Part shown: positions 13,930 through 28,124 of the stretch, piece by piece
Layout of the letters: each line of letters begins with the position of its first letter
How positions within the stretch are numbered: the stretch's first letter is position 1
NCBI RefSeq assembly: GCF_009914755.1
Contig: NC_060927.1
DNA: 64,000 bases
Strand: one strand, 5' to 3'
Source: the human T2T-CHM13v2.0 reference genome, Homo sapiens
Translations under genes and position numbers: made by a program
Notes under the pieces: model-generated
Told to the model about the DNA's origin: nothing
The model's input: the letters and a program-made list of their open reading frames with translations, nothing else
The model's database searches: none

Positions 13930-14200
13930 ACATATTTAGTTGTGCATAAGCATCACATAGGGAGTTTGCTATAACATGTATTTCCCTAAACGTTATCCCC
14001 TGAAACTCTGATTTAGAAAATATGGGGCAAGACCTAGTAATGTATCATTTCCGATCATTACAAATTGGTTAATATGTTGGAACGAATAGATATTTAGGAG
14101 TTAAAAGATAAATTTCTGTTCTGATGCTGCCCTTACTTCATGACTTGAGTAAATCCCATAGCTTATCTGTGACTCTGTTTCCCCACTTGTTTGAAGTGAT
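13930..14200. mobile_element. MER5-like fragment followed by a MIR fragment
   Basis: GTGCATAAGCATCACATAGGGAGTTTGCT...CTCTGATTTAGAAAATATGGGG; then TGACTTGAGTAAATC...CTCTGTTTCCCCACTTG. Confidence 0.45.
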
Positions 14201-14221
14201 ATTAAAAATAAATTTCTTGGA

Positions 14222-14659
<438 letters not shown>

Positions 14660-16589
14660 TTACATTTGCTCTCTTAGTCACTATCTTCAACACAACGTCT
14701 TAGAAAATTGGACAAAACTCAACTTTCCCGCCAACTGAATACTTGGCATCTCCTGAGGGATTCCCATCCAGTCGTCTCTCTTTGGGAAACCTTCCTGGCA
14801 AAGATACCCCAAGTCAGAGGACAGGAATAAGAACTGTAAAATATTCACTATTTAAAAAACAATATATAGTCTCATGTTTATGTAAAAGTTTCAATTTTTC
14901 TAATCTTTTAAAAATAATAAAGTGAATTTATTTTCCAGCTCTGATTCTATTTTTATTTCCAAAAGCTTTTGAAAATGCCTCAGAAAGTTATCTCTGTCTG
15001 CTATTTCTGTCACTTCAGTAGGAATATGCCTAATTGAACAGGTGACTTTATGCCTGTATTTTTGGAATTTAGAAGCTGCAGAAAGCAAAATATGTAAATG
15101 TCTCGTGTCTTTGCTACATCACCATCATCATTAGCATCATGTTGGTATAATTATATAAACAATGAGAGGACTCTACTGATAATTGAGTAAAGGCAAGTAT
15201 ATGTACCTATATGTATTTGTGTTTCTGTATCTGTGATAGGCTTTAAGGGGAGATTTTAAAACATATTTTATAATTCTCATTTCCTCAAAATAAAGTAGTA
15301 CATCCCCAAACTGATAACTGAATATTTTAATGGTGATTTGACATCAGCTGAAGATATGAGATTTTATATAACCCATAACAATTTGAGATTGCTTTAGAGA
15401 TTTATGCAAAACTGGAAAATAACACATCTTTTGTGGTCACATCTTTCAATATGTAGGTTACTAGTACTGCCACCCTCACTCTCCCTAAAAATTCCCCAAA
15501 TAAACTGTTCTCTATTATTGCATACATTTCTTATATTAGCAAATGTTTCTGTTACTCAAACTGACAGTATTTCATATACTTCTGAAGCCTGTTTAAGGTT
15601 TGTTTTTGTTTGTTTGTTTTGCTCTCCCTGTTGATGTTGCTTTCATTAGAAACATAGTGAACCAAATGATTGTTTAATGGATGGTGTTGGATATACATTA
15701 AATTCTGCTATGTCAACATGTTTGAGTGTATTTGTGTAAATGCAGACATCCATCTTTAATGTGATGGTATTCAGGCATTCCTGTAACCAGCTAAAGGGAA
15801 GTTTTTGTAGTAATTTAAGTCATCACATCATTTAGTTTTTTTCATCCCAACGAAATCGTTTTCCTCCTTTAGGTGAGCTGGCATACCTTGAAGGTAGTTT
15901 GCCTGCTTACCTTTTGCTGAAATTGAAAGAAGGGGAAAATAAGCAAAAAAGACAAAATGCCTTTTTTAATAAAAAAGGAGCTAATTTGAAAGAGGAGTGA
16001 GGGATTAGGATGCCCAGATTCAGAGAGGAAGTGATAAGACCTTACGGAATTACAAATGGGCCACCAGTGAGTCTGCTGATGTGATTCAGGCAAATTATAG
16101 TTTTGCCCCAAGTGGCACATTCACTAAAGTGTGTACTGACTGACCTAATTCCCACTCAACTGGCAAAGTACGGAGTTGTTATAGTTTCCCTATGGCATGC
16201 TGATGTCTTCTTCAACTTTATTACCTACAACTGATTTTCCATTCTGGTTCAGAGTCTCACTACGGACTTTTAAAACAGAAATGGTTATCCAAACCTGAAG
16301 TCTAAAGGAAAAAAAATTACCAAGGCTCTTATACCTTCTATTTCACTTAGAATGCATTTCAATAATAATTTTTAAAATAGTGAAAATAATAATTACCTAA
16401 AATTCTTTTTTCATGTTTTATTGTGTTTTCCTCATCTGTCCACACACCCATGTGCTAATTGCAAAAGTGGTAAAAATGCATTATAAAATCTTTCCAATTT
16501 CTGTCAGAAGGTCTTTATAAGCTAGAATATAAATATTTTATAATATAAAATATTATATTTACTAATTATAATATAAAATTATTTTAAAA

Positions 16590-18358
16590 CATTTTAAAAT
16601 TCTTACACTGAAAGATAACCATTGTTCATATTGACATAGGGATATGGATATAGATATAGATGTATAGATGTGTGTATATGTGTGTGTATATATTATGTTT
16701 AAAAATAAAATAAATTCTACATTTTATAATTTTGTGATTTTCTTTTATTATTTGTAACACCGTGGTTATCCTCCCATATCCTTATTAGTCAAGATGTTGA
16801 TTTCTCTTAATATTATGACTTTAGTATATGATAGTGTTACATATATTGTATGGCTCTATCAAAATATATTTAGCCAACCTTTGCTGTTAAATAACAAGGT
16901 TATCTTTTATTATGACTCTGTAGTGACTGGGATATGACTAACAGTGTAGCAATCAATCTTATGGTTAAACCAAAAATCCCAGATGATTTCTTTAGCTTCA
17001 ATTGTTAGAAGTTCCATTGTTGATTAAAAAGTATGCATGTGTAAATATTTCGTACATATTTGAAAGTTACTATAAAAAGCTTCTACTAACTTACTGACTA
17101 AATGGTGTACATCACATCTGTTTACCATTCTCAATATTTTTCAGAACTGAAAACCTGTTTGGCAATAAAGGGCGTTGCCTTAATTTATAGTACCTTTATT
17201 TCTAGTAAAATTAAAAATGTTTTATACATTTATTTTCAATTTGTGTTTTCCTTTTGTGAATTGCATGTGCCCATGTTTTATTTTTATTTCTAATTTTTTA
17301 AATAAAAATAACTTTGCCTGTCTGATATGTAAATAATACATGTTTATTGTGGGGTGGGAATAGATGACATATAAAAGCTTAAAAGGAAAGGTAAAATTTA
17401 CCTGTAATTTCCCATAATAAGGTAATTGCATAAATATTTCAATTTCTACCCATTCTTTAGTGTAAAGCAATAAATCATTTTAATGCATTTTTCTGATTAA
17501 TTGGGAAGGTTGATGTTTTCCGATGTTTATTAGCTACTTGACTGTGCCCTTCCTTTAATTTTCTATTCATAATCTCTACATTTCTATTTCATTGTCTTTT
17601 CATATCAATTTATTAGCTTTATTTTAATATTATAGATATTGATTTGTCATGTGCATTACAAATATATATATATTTTCTTTGTAACATACATTTTACTTAT
17701 TATTTTTAACATTTTTCTTTCAATAGCTTTTGGGGTACAAGTAGTTTGTGATTACATGGCTAAATTTAAATATGCATTTTTCAAAACTACCCATCATTTA
17801 TTGATAATATATTGGTTATTTTTGCCACTGAATGAAATTAATGGTGCTTATTTTATTGATTGTATGGTGTTTTGCCACTAGTGGTATGAATTATGTTTTA
17901 TTTTGATCATTAAACATATGTATAAGGTCACACAGGTTTTTTCCCATTTAGTCGTTAACTCCTCTGAAGTTCATTGTTGCATACAGTGTGAGGAGATGCT
18001 TTGTTTTTTTCCCGACTGCTAAATTTCCTACCTTAGTTAAAAGGTCTTTCTAAATCTAGATTTTTCATATAATGTTCTATATTTTTTCTTTGATTTCTGT
18101 TGTCTTTGGTTCACACGTCTAACTATTCATTCATTTACTGAACGCTACACCTGGGAGATCTGTTCCCATCAGAACAGACAGAGCTCATATAACGGCTGCA
18201 TCTGGAATAAATGTGTTTAGTTAGTCACCTATTAATGGTTATGTTATTTTTGTATCTTGACTTTTCATACACATTACTACAGTGAATAGCCTTGTATATG
18301 TATAAATAAGTCTGTGAAGTGAAAATGTTGAGTGTACTCTTTGTTTAAAAGACATTGC
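16590..18358 (-). mobile_element. Degraded L1ME-type fragments
   Basis: T-rich antisense L1 3' sequence, e.g. TTTTCAATTTGTGTTTTCCTTTTGTGAATTGC and TTAATGCATTTTTCTGATTA. Confidence 0.55.
17697..17767 (-). mobile_element. Very short 5'-truncated L1PB-type 3' terminus nested in L1ME
   Basis: TTTCAATAGCTTTTGGGGTACAAGTAGTTTGTGATTACATGG; TSD-like ACATACATTTT / ATATGCATTTT. Confidence 0.6.
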
Positions 18359-18359
18359 C

Positions 18360-19660
18360 TTCACTGTTGGAGTGGGAGTTTACAGGTAAGTAATGGGAGG
18401 CACCTTCATGATCTATGTGGTTATGGATTGGAATTAGGGACATTAATATGAGCTCAAGTTCAGTTTAATATATATGCAGGTAGTTACATATAGAAATATT
18501 TATAGGTACTTTTGTGTGCATGGGTTAGTGTTCGCATATTTTCTTGCTGTTAGTGTCAGCCTAGCAGGCCTAAAGCAGGTATACATCAGTAGCAGCAAGC
18601 ACACCTGGCATGCAGGTCTTGGTATCTAATACCATTATCCAATGAGTGGAACTCCTTGAAGAGCTCCTTGAAGAAATGGCTGATCTTATGATTGAGGCAG
18701 GAAATATTCAAGATGATTCTGGAGTATCTTGTGGTGCTAGAAAGTTAAAAAGTGCTTAATAAAAACCCATGATGGTAAAAGTATGTCAAAGGGATGCAGG
18801 ACCAACTAAAGGTTCTTAATGTCCAAAGCAGAACTGATCTAAACAAAAAAATAAATAAAGTAGTATTGGACTATAATTCAAAGTATAACATGGATATCCA
18901 TAAGTCCCTGGCTGATATAAATAAATGACTTAATAAATAAAGGAAAGCTAGGCAAATCTCTTATACAGAAGAATTTCAAATACTTTATATAGATACTCTT
19001 CTCTCACAAAGTTACAGCATCATTTCTCAATTCCTTAATTGTGGGCTACACATGGTGACTTCTTTTCAAAGAAGACTGCCTGGAAAAGGTGGATGAAGTA
19101 ACTTTACAGTGGAGAAACCTGACAAACACTGTCTCAGTGAGGTGAATGAGGTTAATATCCATATGATAAGTTATGTTGATACTACATTCCCTTGACACGT
19201 TGTAATGAGCATAGCACTTTATTCTGTGTCTATTCTCCTCAAAATGCCAGACCAGACAAATCAGGAGAAATACATCAGACAAATCCTAATTGAGGGACGT
19301 TCTCCAAAATACCTGGCCAGTACTCCTCAAAGCTACCAAAGGCATAGAAAACGAGGAAAGTTGGAAAAACTGTCATAGCCAAGAGGAGCCTAAGGAGACA
19401 AGATCACTAACTGTAACATTTTCACCTGGATGGAAATTGGATTAGGAAAAGGGCATTAGGTAAAAAAAAGAAATACCAATAAAGTATGAATTTAGTTAAT
19501 GATACGTCAACATTGGTTGATTAATTGTGACAAGTGCTGCATATTAATTAATGTTAGATGTTAATAGTAGGGGAGACTGGGTGGTGTGATGTGCCTGTAA
19601 TTGTCTTCACAATTTTTCTGTAATCTGAAACCTTCTAAAATATAGTTTATTTTTAAAAAG
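18360..19660 (+). mobile_element. L1MD-type (about L1MD2) 3' UTR
   Basis: GCACACCTGGCATGCAGGTCTTGGTATCTAATACCATT, GAAATGGCTGAT, ACTTTACAGTGGAGAAACCTGACAAACAC; ends TAAAATATAGTTTATTTTTAAAA. Confidence 0.8.
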
Positions 19661-19670
19661 AGAATTTTGC

Positions 19671-20005
19671 AGCTTGGTACGGTGGCTCACACTTGTAATC
19701 CCAGCATTTTCCATCTCAGCCTCATTGCATGAGCTCAGGAGTTTGGCACCAGCCTGAGCAACATGGTGAAACCCTGTCTCTACCAAAACTACAAAAACTT
19801 TGCAGGGAATGGTGGCACACACCTGTGTTCCCAGCTACTCAGGAGGTTGAGGTGGGAGAAGGATGGCTGGAGCCCAGGACACGGAGGTTGCAATGAGCCG
19901 AGATCACACCACTGCACTACAGCCTGGGCGACAGAGTAAGACTGTCTAAAAAGCAAAACAAAACAAAAGAAAAGAAAACAAACAAACAAAAAAACACAAA
20001 AACCA
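19671..20005 (+). mobile_element. AluJ with internal micro-inversion
   Basis: GAGCTCAGGAGTTT and GGAGAAGGATGGCTGGAGCCCAGG J-type diagnostics; A-rich tail. Confidence 0.9.
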
Positions 20006-20009
20006 AAGA

Positions 20010-20640
20010 AACTTTTCTACATCACCCTCCATTGAGGTTATGTGCATCTTTACTCTCATCTGCAGTGTAAAAAATGTTTTCTTTACCAAATGTTTGTTAA
20101 ACATTTGGTTTTTTGCTACTCTGATAGGTTAAAAGAAGATTTTTAGTGTAATTTTTATTCTTATTTTCTTGCTATGACTAGAGTTGAGCAGCTGTTCAGA
20201 TATTTTTAAGAAGTATTTGTGTGATTTTCTTTCAACTCTCAAACCTGATTGTTTGCTATTTTTCCATTGGGTTGTTTTTCTTCCATTTATAGGAGCCATG
20301 CAGCACATAGTTTTCTACTTTATTTATATTCTGACTTTGTTGTTTCTTGATATGTAAAAATATTTGCTTTTTATTTAGTTGACTTAGTCAATCTCTTCTA
20401 AGGGTTCTGCATTTTATATTGTAGGGGTGTTCCACCATGATTTTATTTTTTAATCTAATATTGTATAGTTTCTTTTTTATACTTCTTTTCATTTATTGTC
20501 TCTACTGATATATTAATTTTAAATCTAGCTATTTCCTTCTGTTTTATGTTTCCTTCCATTTTTCTTTTCTTTGTATCTTTTGCTATGTAGTTTGTTTTAG
20601 TTTCTCTTTTGTCTTGAGGTACTTGGAGATGACACATTGT
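20010..20640 (-). mobile_element. Degraded L1ME-type fragment (probable continuation of the 18.1-18.36 kb piece)
   Basis: TTTGCTACTCTGATAGGT, GTTGAGCAGCTGTTCAGATATTT, TTTTCCATTGGGTTG. Confidence 0.5.
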
Positions 20641-20657
20641 ATTTTTTAATTTCTTGT

Positions 20658-20962
<305 letters not shown>

Positions 20963-21069
20963 AATAATTATCTTTAAGTCTTAAAAAAAACCAGCCCTCT
21001 TCCTTGAAAGTATATTTGTGAATCATCATCAACAAAATGACAATATGTCTGAATGCCTTTTTTGTCAGG

Positions 21070-21574
21070 TATGGTGGGCTGAATTCTCAAGATGTCACCC
21101 CAAGATTCCATCCACTGATCATTGAATCAAACACTACCTAGATTAAGGTAGTGCTGTGAAGATATTTTGCAGGTCAGAGAGATTTGAAGGGTGAAAAGGA
21201 CCTGACTCCCAACCCCCACCGCGAACTGACTTTGAGATTGGATAGAGGGTTCCATGTACCAAGGAATGCTGGTTGCTCCAGAGGTTAAGGATATCCCCCA
21301 GCTGACATTAGCAAGGAAATGGAGCCTCAGTCCCACAACCACAGAGAACTGAAGTCAGCCAATGGCCTGAATGAGTTTAGAAGTAAATTCATTTTCAGAG
21401 CCTTCAGAAAGGAACTCCGCCCTGCTGACACCTTGATTTCAGCCTTGTGCAATCCCTCAGCAGAGAAACTAGCTGAGCCTGACAGCCTTCTGACCTACAG
21501 AACTGTGAAATAGTAAATGTTTGGTTTTTTAAGCTTCTAAATTTGTGATGGTTTGTGGCAGCAAGAAATTAATT
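21070..21574 (+). mobile_element. MLT1E-like MaLR solo LTR
   Basis: GCAAGGAAATGGAGCCTCAGTCCCACAACCACA, CCTGCTGACACCTTGATTTCAGCC, TCTGACCTACAGAACTGTGA. Confidence 0.8.
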
Positions 21575-22922
21575 TAAAAGGCAATGAAATTAGCTCAATC
21601 TCAGTTTCCCTTATACACAATCCTAGATTTGTTGGTTTATTCTTGAGATTTGCATTACATTTCAAGTGTTTGTTTGGAATAATTGTGTCTTTAAATTATT
21701 TCTTTTTTAGTGCCAGTCTTTTCAGCAATTCCAGTTTGTTTTCCTATCACTGGACTGTGTAAGAATATTTATCTCTTGCCATCAACATAAATGACAGCAT
21801 ATCTGGATAGTGAGTTTTGAAATTATACATTTTCTTTCTCATATTTTGATTCATGTTACTAAACTAATGTTGGAGGGAAAATATATTTTTCCCTTCAACA
21901 ATCATAGTTTCATATTTAGATACTTGTTCTTGAAATGTATATGTTGACTAACTTATATATAGGTGCTTTTTTTTCCCTGTTAACCTTGCCAATTATTTAG
22001 TAAGATCTTTGCATCAGCATTCAGAAAATTTCCTTATATTAGACTTTAAATATTTGGTTTCCTTTCATTCTGTTCTTTGGGGATTGCAAATTATCTGGTT
22101 TTGTTTTGTCTTATTATACATCCTATAATTTCATAAATTTGATTGTATTTTTTTTGTCTTTTTCCCCCTGAATGCTGAAACAGGTTTTAAGCCTTCATCT
22201 CTTACTACTACAATATTATTTTTTCTTCAGTTTCTGAGGCTACTTTTAGTTCTGCAATGTCATCAGTAGATTTTGTCTTCTAGTTCATTTCTCATTTTAT
22301 ACCTGTATTTAATTTTATGGAAATCACCAGGCATAATTTCTCTAATATTTTTTTTTCTTTGCCTAAAGAGTTCTTTATCAAAAAAGCTCCTCTTTCCTCT
22401 CCTGAATTATATGTTCTCATCTTTCCTTTTTTATAGAAATGTTTTATATTTTATTTTGGGTATTTCCTATATACTCATCTGTACATGTGAGAGTCTACCC
22501 TTGGCCTGATCTTGTCTACAAACATGACAATAAAAACCTCCTATGCTTATATCATTCTCACAGGGACACTCTTAAAATTATCTTAAAATCTCAAATCTTA
22601 ATCTGGAGAGCCGAATAATAGAAATAGGTATGGGCAGTCTAGAGATTTTCTAGATGGAAAACTGTGGGGCAGAATCTGTAGTTGCAGGCTGCTATGCAGA
22701 GGAACTTGATCTCTTTATGGTTTCTTAGCGTTGGTGAAGCTGTTCTATCACTCACTTTTCTTGTCCACTTAGTCTCTGTTTCTGAATATACAGCATAGCT
22801 ATGTATGGAATCTTTCTTGTTGCTCTTATCTGTTGACTAAGGGATTATCCAAAATACCTATTGGAAGTCTCTCTGGTGTCTTTCTTGCCATTAATCATCC
22901 TAGAGAAGCTATATCCAACTTG

Positions 22923-23341
22923 GTATTAGTCCATTCTTACACTCTTATAAAGAAATACATGACATCTGGCTATTTAAAAAGAAAAAAGGTTTATTTGACT
23001 CACAGTTCTGCAGGCTGTACAGGAAGCATGGCAGCATCTGCTCACTTCTGGGGAAGCCTGAGGAAACGTACAATCATGGCGGAAGGGAAGGGGGAGCGCA
23101 TATATTACATGACCAGAGTCAGAAAAGGAGAGAGGAGGCGAGGTGCTATACACTTTTAAACAACTAGAACTCATGAGAATTTGCTCATTATCAAAAGGAT
23201 AGTATCAAAGGGGGACGGTGCTAACCCATTTATGAGAAACTGCCCCCAGGATTCAATCACCTCCCACAGGCCCCACTTCCAACATTGGGGATTACAGTTG
23301 AACATGAGATTTGGGTGGGGACACAGGTCCAAACGATATTA
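22923..23341 (-). mobile_element. MSTA MaLR solo LTR
   Basis: GTATTAGTCCATTCT...CACAGTTCTGCAGGCTGTACAGGAAGCATGG...CATGAGATTTGGGTGGGGACACA. Confidence 0.9.
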
Positions 23342-24177
23342 CTGTTGTTCTAGAATAGAACACAATTCCACAGTCATGGCCCTTGTAGATGCCACTGCTA
23401 ACTGCCGACCCATGTTTTAGGTCCTATTTAAGAAATGTAAGAGAAATGAGGAGCTTAGTGGATGGTGTTCACTGAGAAAATTGTATTCTTTCAAATTAAT
23501 CCTCCAAACCACTACTCATAGCAAAATATCTTAAACTTTGGGGATAATCATGGCATGTGCTTTCATTTCAAGAAATTATGGAGAACCGTTCTGTCTCTTT
23601 ATAGTCTTTTGATCATGTTGGTAAAGACTGACAGAATTGTGGATGTGTCATGTGTAGTGGGAGGGGTGCAAGGTCATACCAAAAGTTGAATGCGTGCACC
23701 TAAGTCACTACCCACCACCCACTACCATATGAAGCATTTCATGAATCCCATGACCAAGAGTTTTGCTTATGCTGCATGTACCCTTGTGTTGTGCCTTGTG
23801 TATTCTCATATTTTTGATAGTAAGAATTGTTAATATTTTTTCTTTAGTTTTTACAGCTCTAGTTTTATAGCTATTTAATATAATATTTAGTCTGTGCAGC
23901 ATAATATACTAAACTACCTCCTTGCTGACTCCATTTTGATTGTTTACTCTCTTTGATGTTACAAAGGATATTGAAATATATGTCTTACTTTTAATATCTC
24001 CTGACTTTTAAAAATTCATATCTATTCCTAGAAGGAGTAGGATTAATGCATTATAAATTATGGATGTATCCTTCACTCATACCTTTCAAATTGCTTTTTT
24101 AAAGACTGATACCAATTTACAATATTTTAGCAATATGTGACTATATCATTTTCACCTCAAACTCAGCAGCATTGGGT

Positions 24178-24500
24178 TATAATATATAACTTATTATATA
24201 TACAATTTCTTATTTTATCTGTAATTTCTTAAAATATAGATATTATTTATATATGTATAGTAAATGTAAATATAAATATAGTTATATCTGTAATTTCTTG
24301 ATATATTAAAGAAATTATAATTATAATAAATGTAAATATAAATAATTTCTTTGGCATTTTAAGAAACCATATAGCTATAATAAGAAATTATATATGATAT
24401 ATAAATATATTTATATATACAATATTAAAGAAATTAATATATACTTTCTAAATTAACCTATAATTTTTAAAATATTTTAAATGAATTAAATTAATTGTAA
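24178..24500. repeat. AT-rich low-complexity tract with short degenerate direct and inverted repeats
   Basis: ATCTGTAATTTCTT x2, TAAATGTAAATATAAATA x2, AAGAAATTA x3. Confidence 0.7.
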
Positions 24501-24996
24501 ATGGGCATCTCCAAGTTGCCAAGGTGATTATTTTTATCAGGTGTTATGAGTTTGCTTGTACATTAAGTAGAAGTACAATAGTTTTAATAAATTAATACGT
24601 ATATTTTGTCTCTCAATTACAAGTTAGTAATGTCCCCTAAACTATTTCAGGGAAGATTCTGAATCTTTGAAATTCAAATGCTAGTGTGCAAATGGTACCT
24701 GGAATATCACCTCATTTAATAATCCACTTATAATGACTTTTGATCTGGATTTTTATGAGAATAACAAAACCAGTTGTGAACAGTTAAATATTTTTATATC
24801 ATATCCTCAGATCATCATGATTTTCTGTGAAATAAAGAACATTAGTCCCTTTCTTTGGTAAGGGAGTATTCACAATTCTGTCTTTATATAAAATAATTTT
24901 CACTTATTTTAGTTAATTAATATTTACTATATGCCTACTCTCTGATAGGTGCTGAGTCTCATCAAGTATGTAGCAGAATATGAATTTTAGAGCAGG

Positions 24997-25519
24997 TCTA
25001 TTCATCTTCTATTGCTGTGTAACGAATCACTGCACATTTAGCAACTTAAAACAACACATATTGATTATCTGACAGTTATAGGTCAGAATTCAAGGCAAAA
25101 CTGCAAGTTTGCTGTCATGGTGTCAGCCTGGCTGGGATCTCATCTGAGATTTGACTGAGGAAGAATTCACTTTCAGGCTCCTTCAGGTTGCTGGCAAAAT
25201 TTATTTCCTTGTGGCTGTGTGACTAAGGGCTCTGGCTTTTTACCGCATGTTGACTGGAGGTTTTGTAGGTCCTAGAGGCCCCGACAGTTCCCTATCGTGT
25301 TGTCTTCCCACTGATTTTTGCTTCTTAAAGCCAGCAGAAGCGTCTCGAACTCCAGTCAAAGACAGAGTTCTGTATAAAATAACACAATCATAGGAGTGAC
25401 ATCACATTAACTTTGCCACATTCTATTGGTTAGAAGCAAGTCACATGATCTACCTGCACAACAGGAAGAGATTATACTATGGTGGGACTTACAGGGCCAC
25501 CTTAGGTGTGTCCACCATA
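24997..25519 (-). mobile_element. MLT1E/F-like MaLR solo LTR
   Basis: ATTGCTGTGTAAC...TTAGCAACTTAAAACAACACA...TTCTATTGGTTAGAAGCAAGTCAC. Confidence 0.8.
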
Positions 25520-26369
25520 GAAGATAAGGAGAAAAGTCTGAATTTCCTTTTTGAAATTGAATAAATCAAACTTCCTTCCCTATTCTTTCTCATGTTTAGT
25601 TGCTTTCCCCATTTATCTACTTTGTTATTTTGAATGTACTCATGCTGTGTTACACTCCATAGTCGGCTCCTGGGGAATTTGCATAAAAATAAAACTCTAT
25701 TTTAAGGGTCTTTATTATTTCGTTACAAACATTGTTTCAGAATTGAACCACACAAAGCCTAAGAATGGCATTGCTCTGATTTGCTCCCATAAATAAATGT
25801 CACTTACCATTAAGCATTTTCAAAGGGCATTTCCAAGGACATTCTGATTTTGCTAAGATTTACTGGAGGTTAAAAATTAACTAGAGATTAGAAGAAAAGA
25901 GAATTCAACTGGAATACCTGGTTGTAATTTTTATTTAAATTATTTTAATATTAATTAAGGTACCTCTCTTGCATTATTCAGCCTGTTAAACTGTAGAAGT
26001 CTTACTTGAATGTAATATAGTAACCATTTTTCTATAGTAGATAGAATTTCTTTTTGGATTACCATTGACCATTTGTGTTTTCATCATTTATATGAATCAA
26101 TGGCAAATTGCAAGAAGTTCATAGTTTAGGCATTTATAAAATAAAGGACAATCTATTCTAGAATAATTTGGCATCTGTATACAATATGTTTATTAGAGGT
26201 TTAGCAGAAAGTGGAATAACTGTTGCCTTGGGAATGTCTACCCTACCCCACTGTGTTTAACATTTTTATTCCAGTTTATTCACCATATTGTACCGCAGAA
26301 GGTAGCCACAATGAGCTCAGAGAGACCTCCTATTGTATCGCATGCCTACTTTTTTCAGTACATCTTTGC

Positions 26370-26525
26370 ACAAATACTTGACCATTTCCTTTTTATTCAT
26401 CTGCAAAATGGAAATAAAAACACTGCCTACCTCATGTGGCTGTTATTACTGTTAAAATGAAATGGTAAACATAAAGTGCTTATCATCATAAAAACCACAT
26501 AAGAAGAAGTCAACAAATGGAAGGT
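26370..26525 (+). mobile_element. MIR
   Basis: TCATCTGCAAAATGGAAATAAAAACACTGCCTACCTCAT...TAAAGTGCTTA. Confidence 0.65.
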
Positions 26526-26631
26526 TTCTTTTCAAAAAAATTTACAGCTATTCTTTTAAAGCATAAAGGGGCAGCATTATCTCCACATGTTGGTTATCTC
26601 TAGAACCAAACTGTGAGAGGATTTTCACTGG

Positions 26632-27100
26632 GTATTATATTGAATAAGACTTCTCTGGCTGCAAGTGATAGGAATATAACATAAAAAAGAGAGAGGAAGG
26701 CAACATAATGGCTTAGATTATTGTAATTCCAGGAGTAGTCCCTAGGTTAGGGATAGTTGGATCCCTGGGCCCAAGCACTTGTCAGAATTAGGTCTCTTCC
26801 ATTGTCATATGTCTACTTTAATGGTTTTCATTCAGGTACTCTTCTCTCAGAATATAACCAGAAAGTTATTTCTTTTCAATTAGTTCTAATAAGATGTCTG
26901 TGATTAGCTCTAATATTATCAATGTATGTCTTATACCCATTGCTGAGTCCATAAATCTGGTGAGTGAAGTTTCCTGCTAGGATTGCCCCACCTTCCGACC
27001 TGTGGGTAAGGTGACCCCAAATTTGAGGCACATGAACTGAGAACAGATAAGGGAAAGTGCTGATGTCATAGGGACTGGGCAAAGCTAGGCATTGCATCAA
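26632..27100 (-). mobile_element. MLT1K/L-like old MaLR LTR
   Basis: AGACTTCTCTGGCTGCAAGTGATAGGAA start; AGTTGGATCCCTGGGCCCAAGC. Confidence 0.5.
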
Positions 27101-28124
27101 TAAATGAAAGAGCACATTTTCAGTACAGATATGTTTAAGGTAAACGGCCGTTTATTTTTTAGTTATAGTTCATTGGTAGGAAGAAATAGATATCGATTCT
27201 CTCATAGCATTAATGAAAATCAAATTTATTGGAAGAATAAAGGATTGGAAACAAAATCCGATAAAACAGGTGGAGAAACAGGATTCAGGAATTTCAGAAC
27301 ACAACATCTTCAGAAATCCAAGAAGACGCTCTTGGGTCCTGGCTTAAGGAACCTTTGAGAATCTGTTCCAGATCTTGTATTGTTTGAATGAAAAACCACA
27401 ATCTAGAGAAAGAGTGAATGATTATCCTTGCTTGAATCATGTTTATATCCCGTGTATACGGATAAAGAGAATTCTGGGGTTATCTCTGTGACAGTCCTAC
27501 TAACAATAAAAGTCTCTTTCACAAGAGACTCTACTATGAGATTTGGTAGAGATTTATGAGATTTGGAATCAAGTGTTGTGGGTTTTAATCATAGTTCTAC
27601 TACCAGAGGTGGGATATTGGGCACATTACTTAACATTTCCATTTATTTGCTTTTCCATTGTAGATAAAATTGGTTCCTATATTTTAGATATCTCATATGG
27701 GAAAGTATAATAGCTTTGATAATGATGTGATGAAGATGTGGTCAACCACCAGTGGATTGGGTGAAGCATTAATAGTTTTATTAAATAACTTGAGAAATGT
27801 TGACATAGAAATGAACGTGTGTTTTTACACAAAATGAAAATATCAAGCTTTTTCTTTCAAAACCTCATATTATCACAAAGTGGAAAGAATCATACAGTGA
27901 AATCAGTTGACTTCAGTGCTTATTTCTAATGTCCATTGTGATCAACTATATGTCAAATTAAAAGGGGTTACTTAATCTTCTTAATGTTAGCTATTTAATT
28001 GAGGGGTGGGGTGGAGGTAGTTATCGGAGTAACTTTACAATTAACATTTCCAGTGTTAACATTCATGACAATAAAACAGAAGAAACAAAAACAAAATACT
28101 TACTCTGTAGAAATATTCTTATCA

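Noticed and set aside
21600-22900. Possible HAL1 or L1M ORF1-region remnant
   Set aside because: T-rich and LINE-like but too degraded to call by eye
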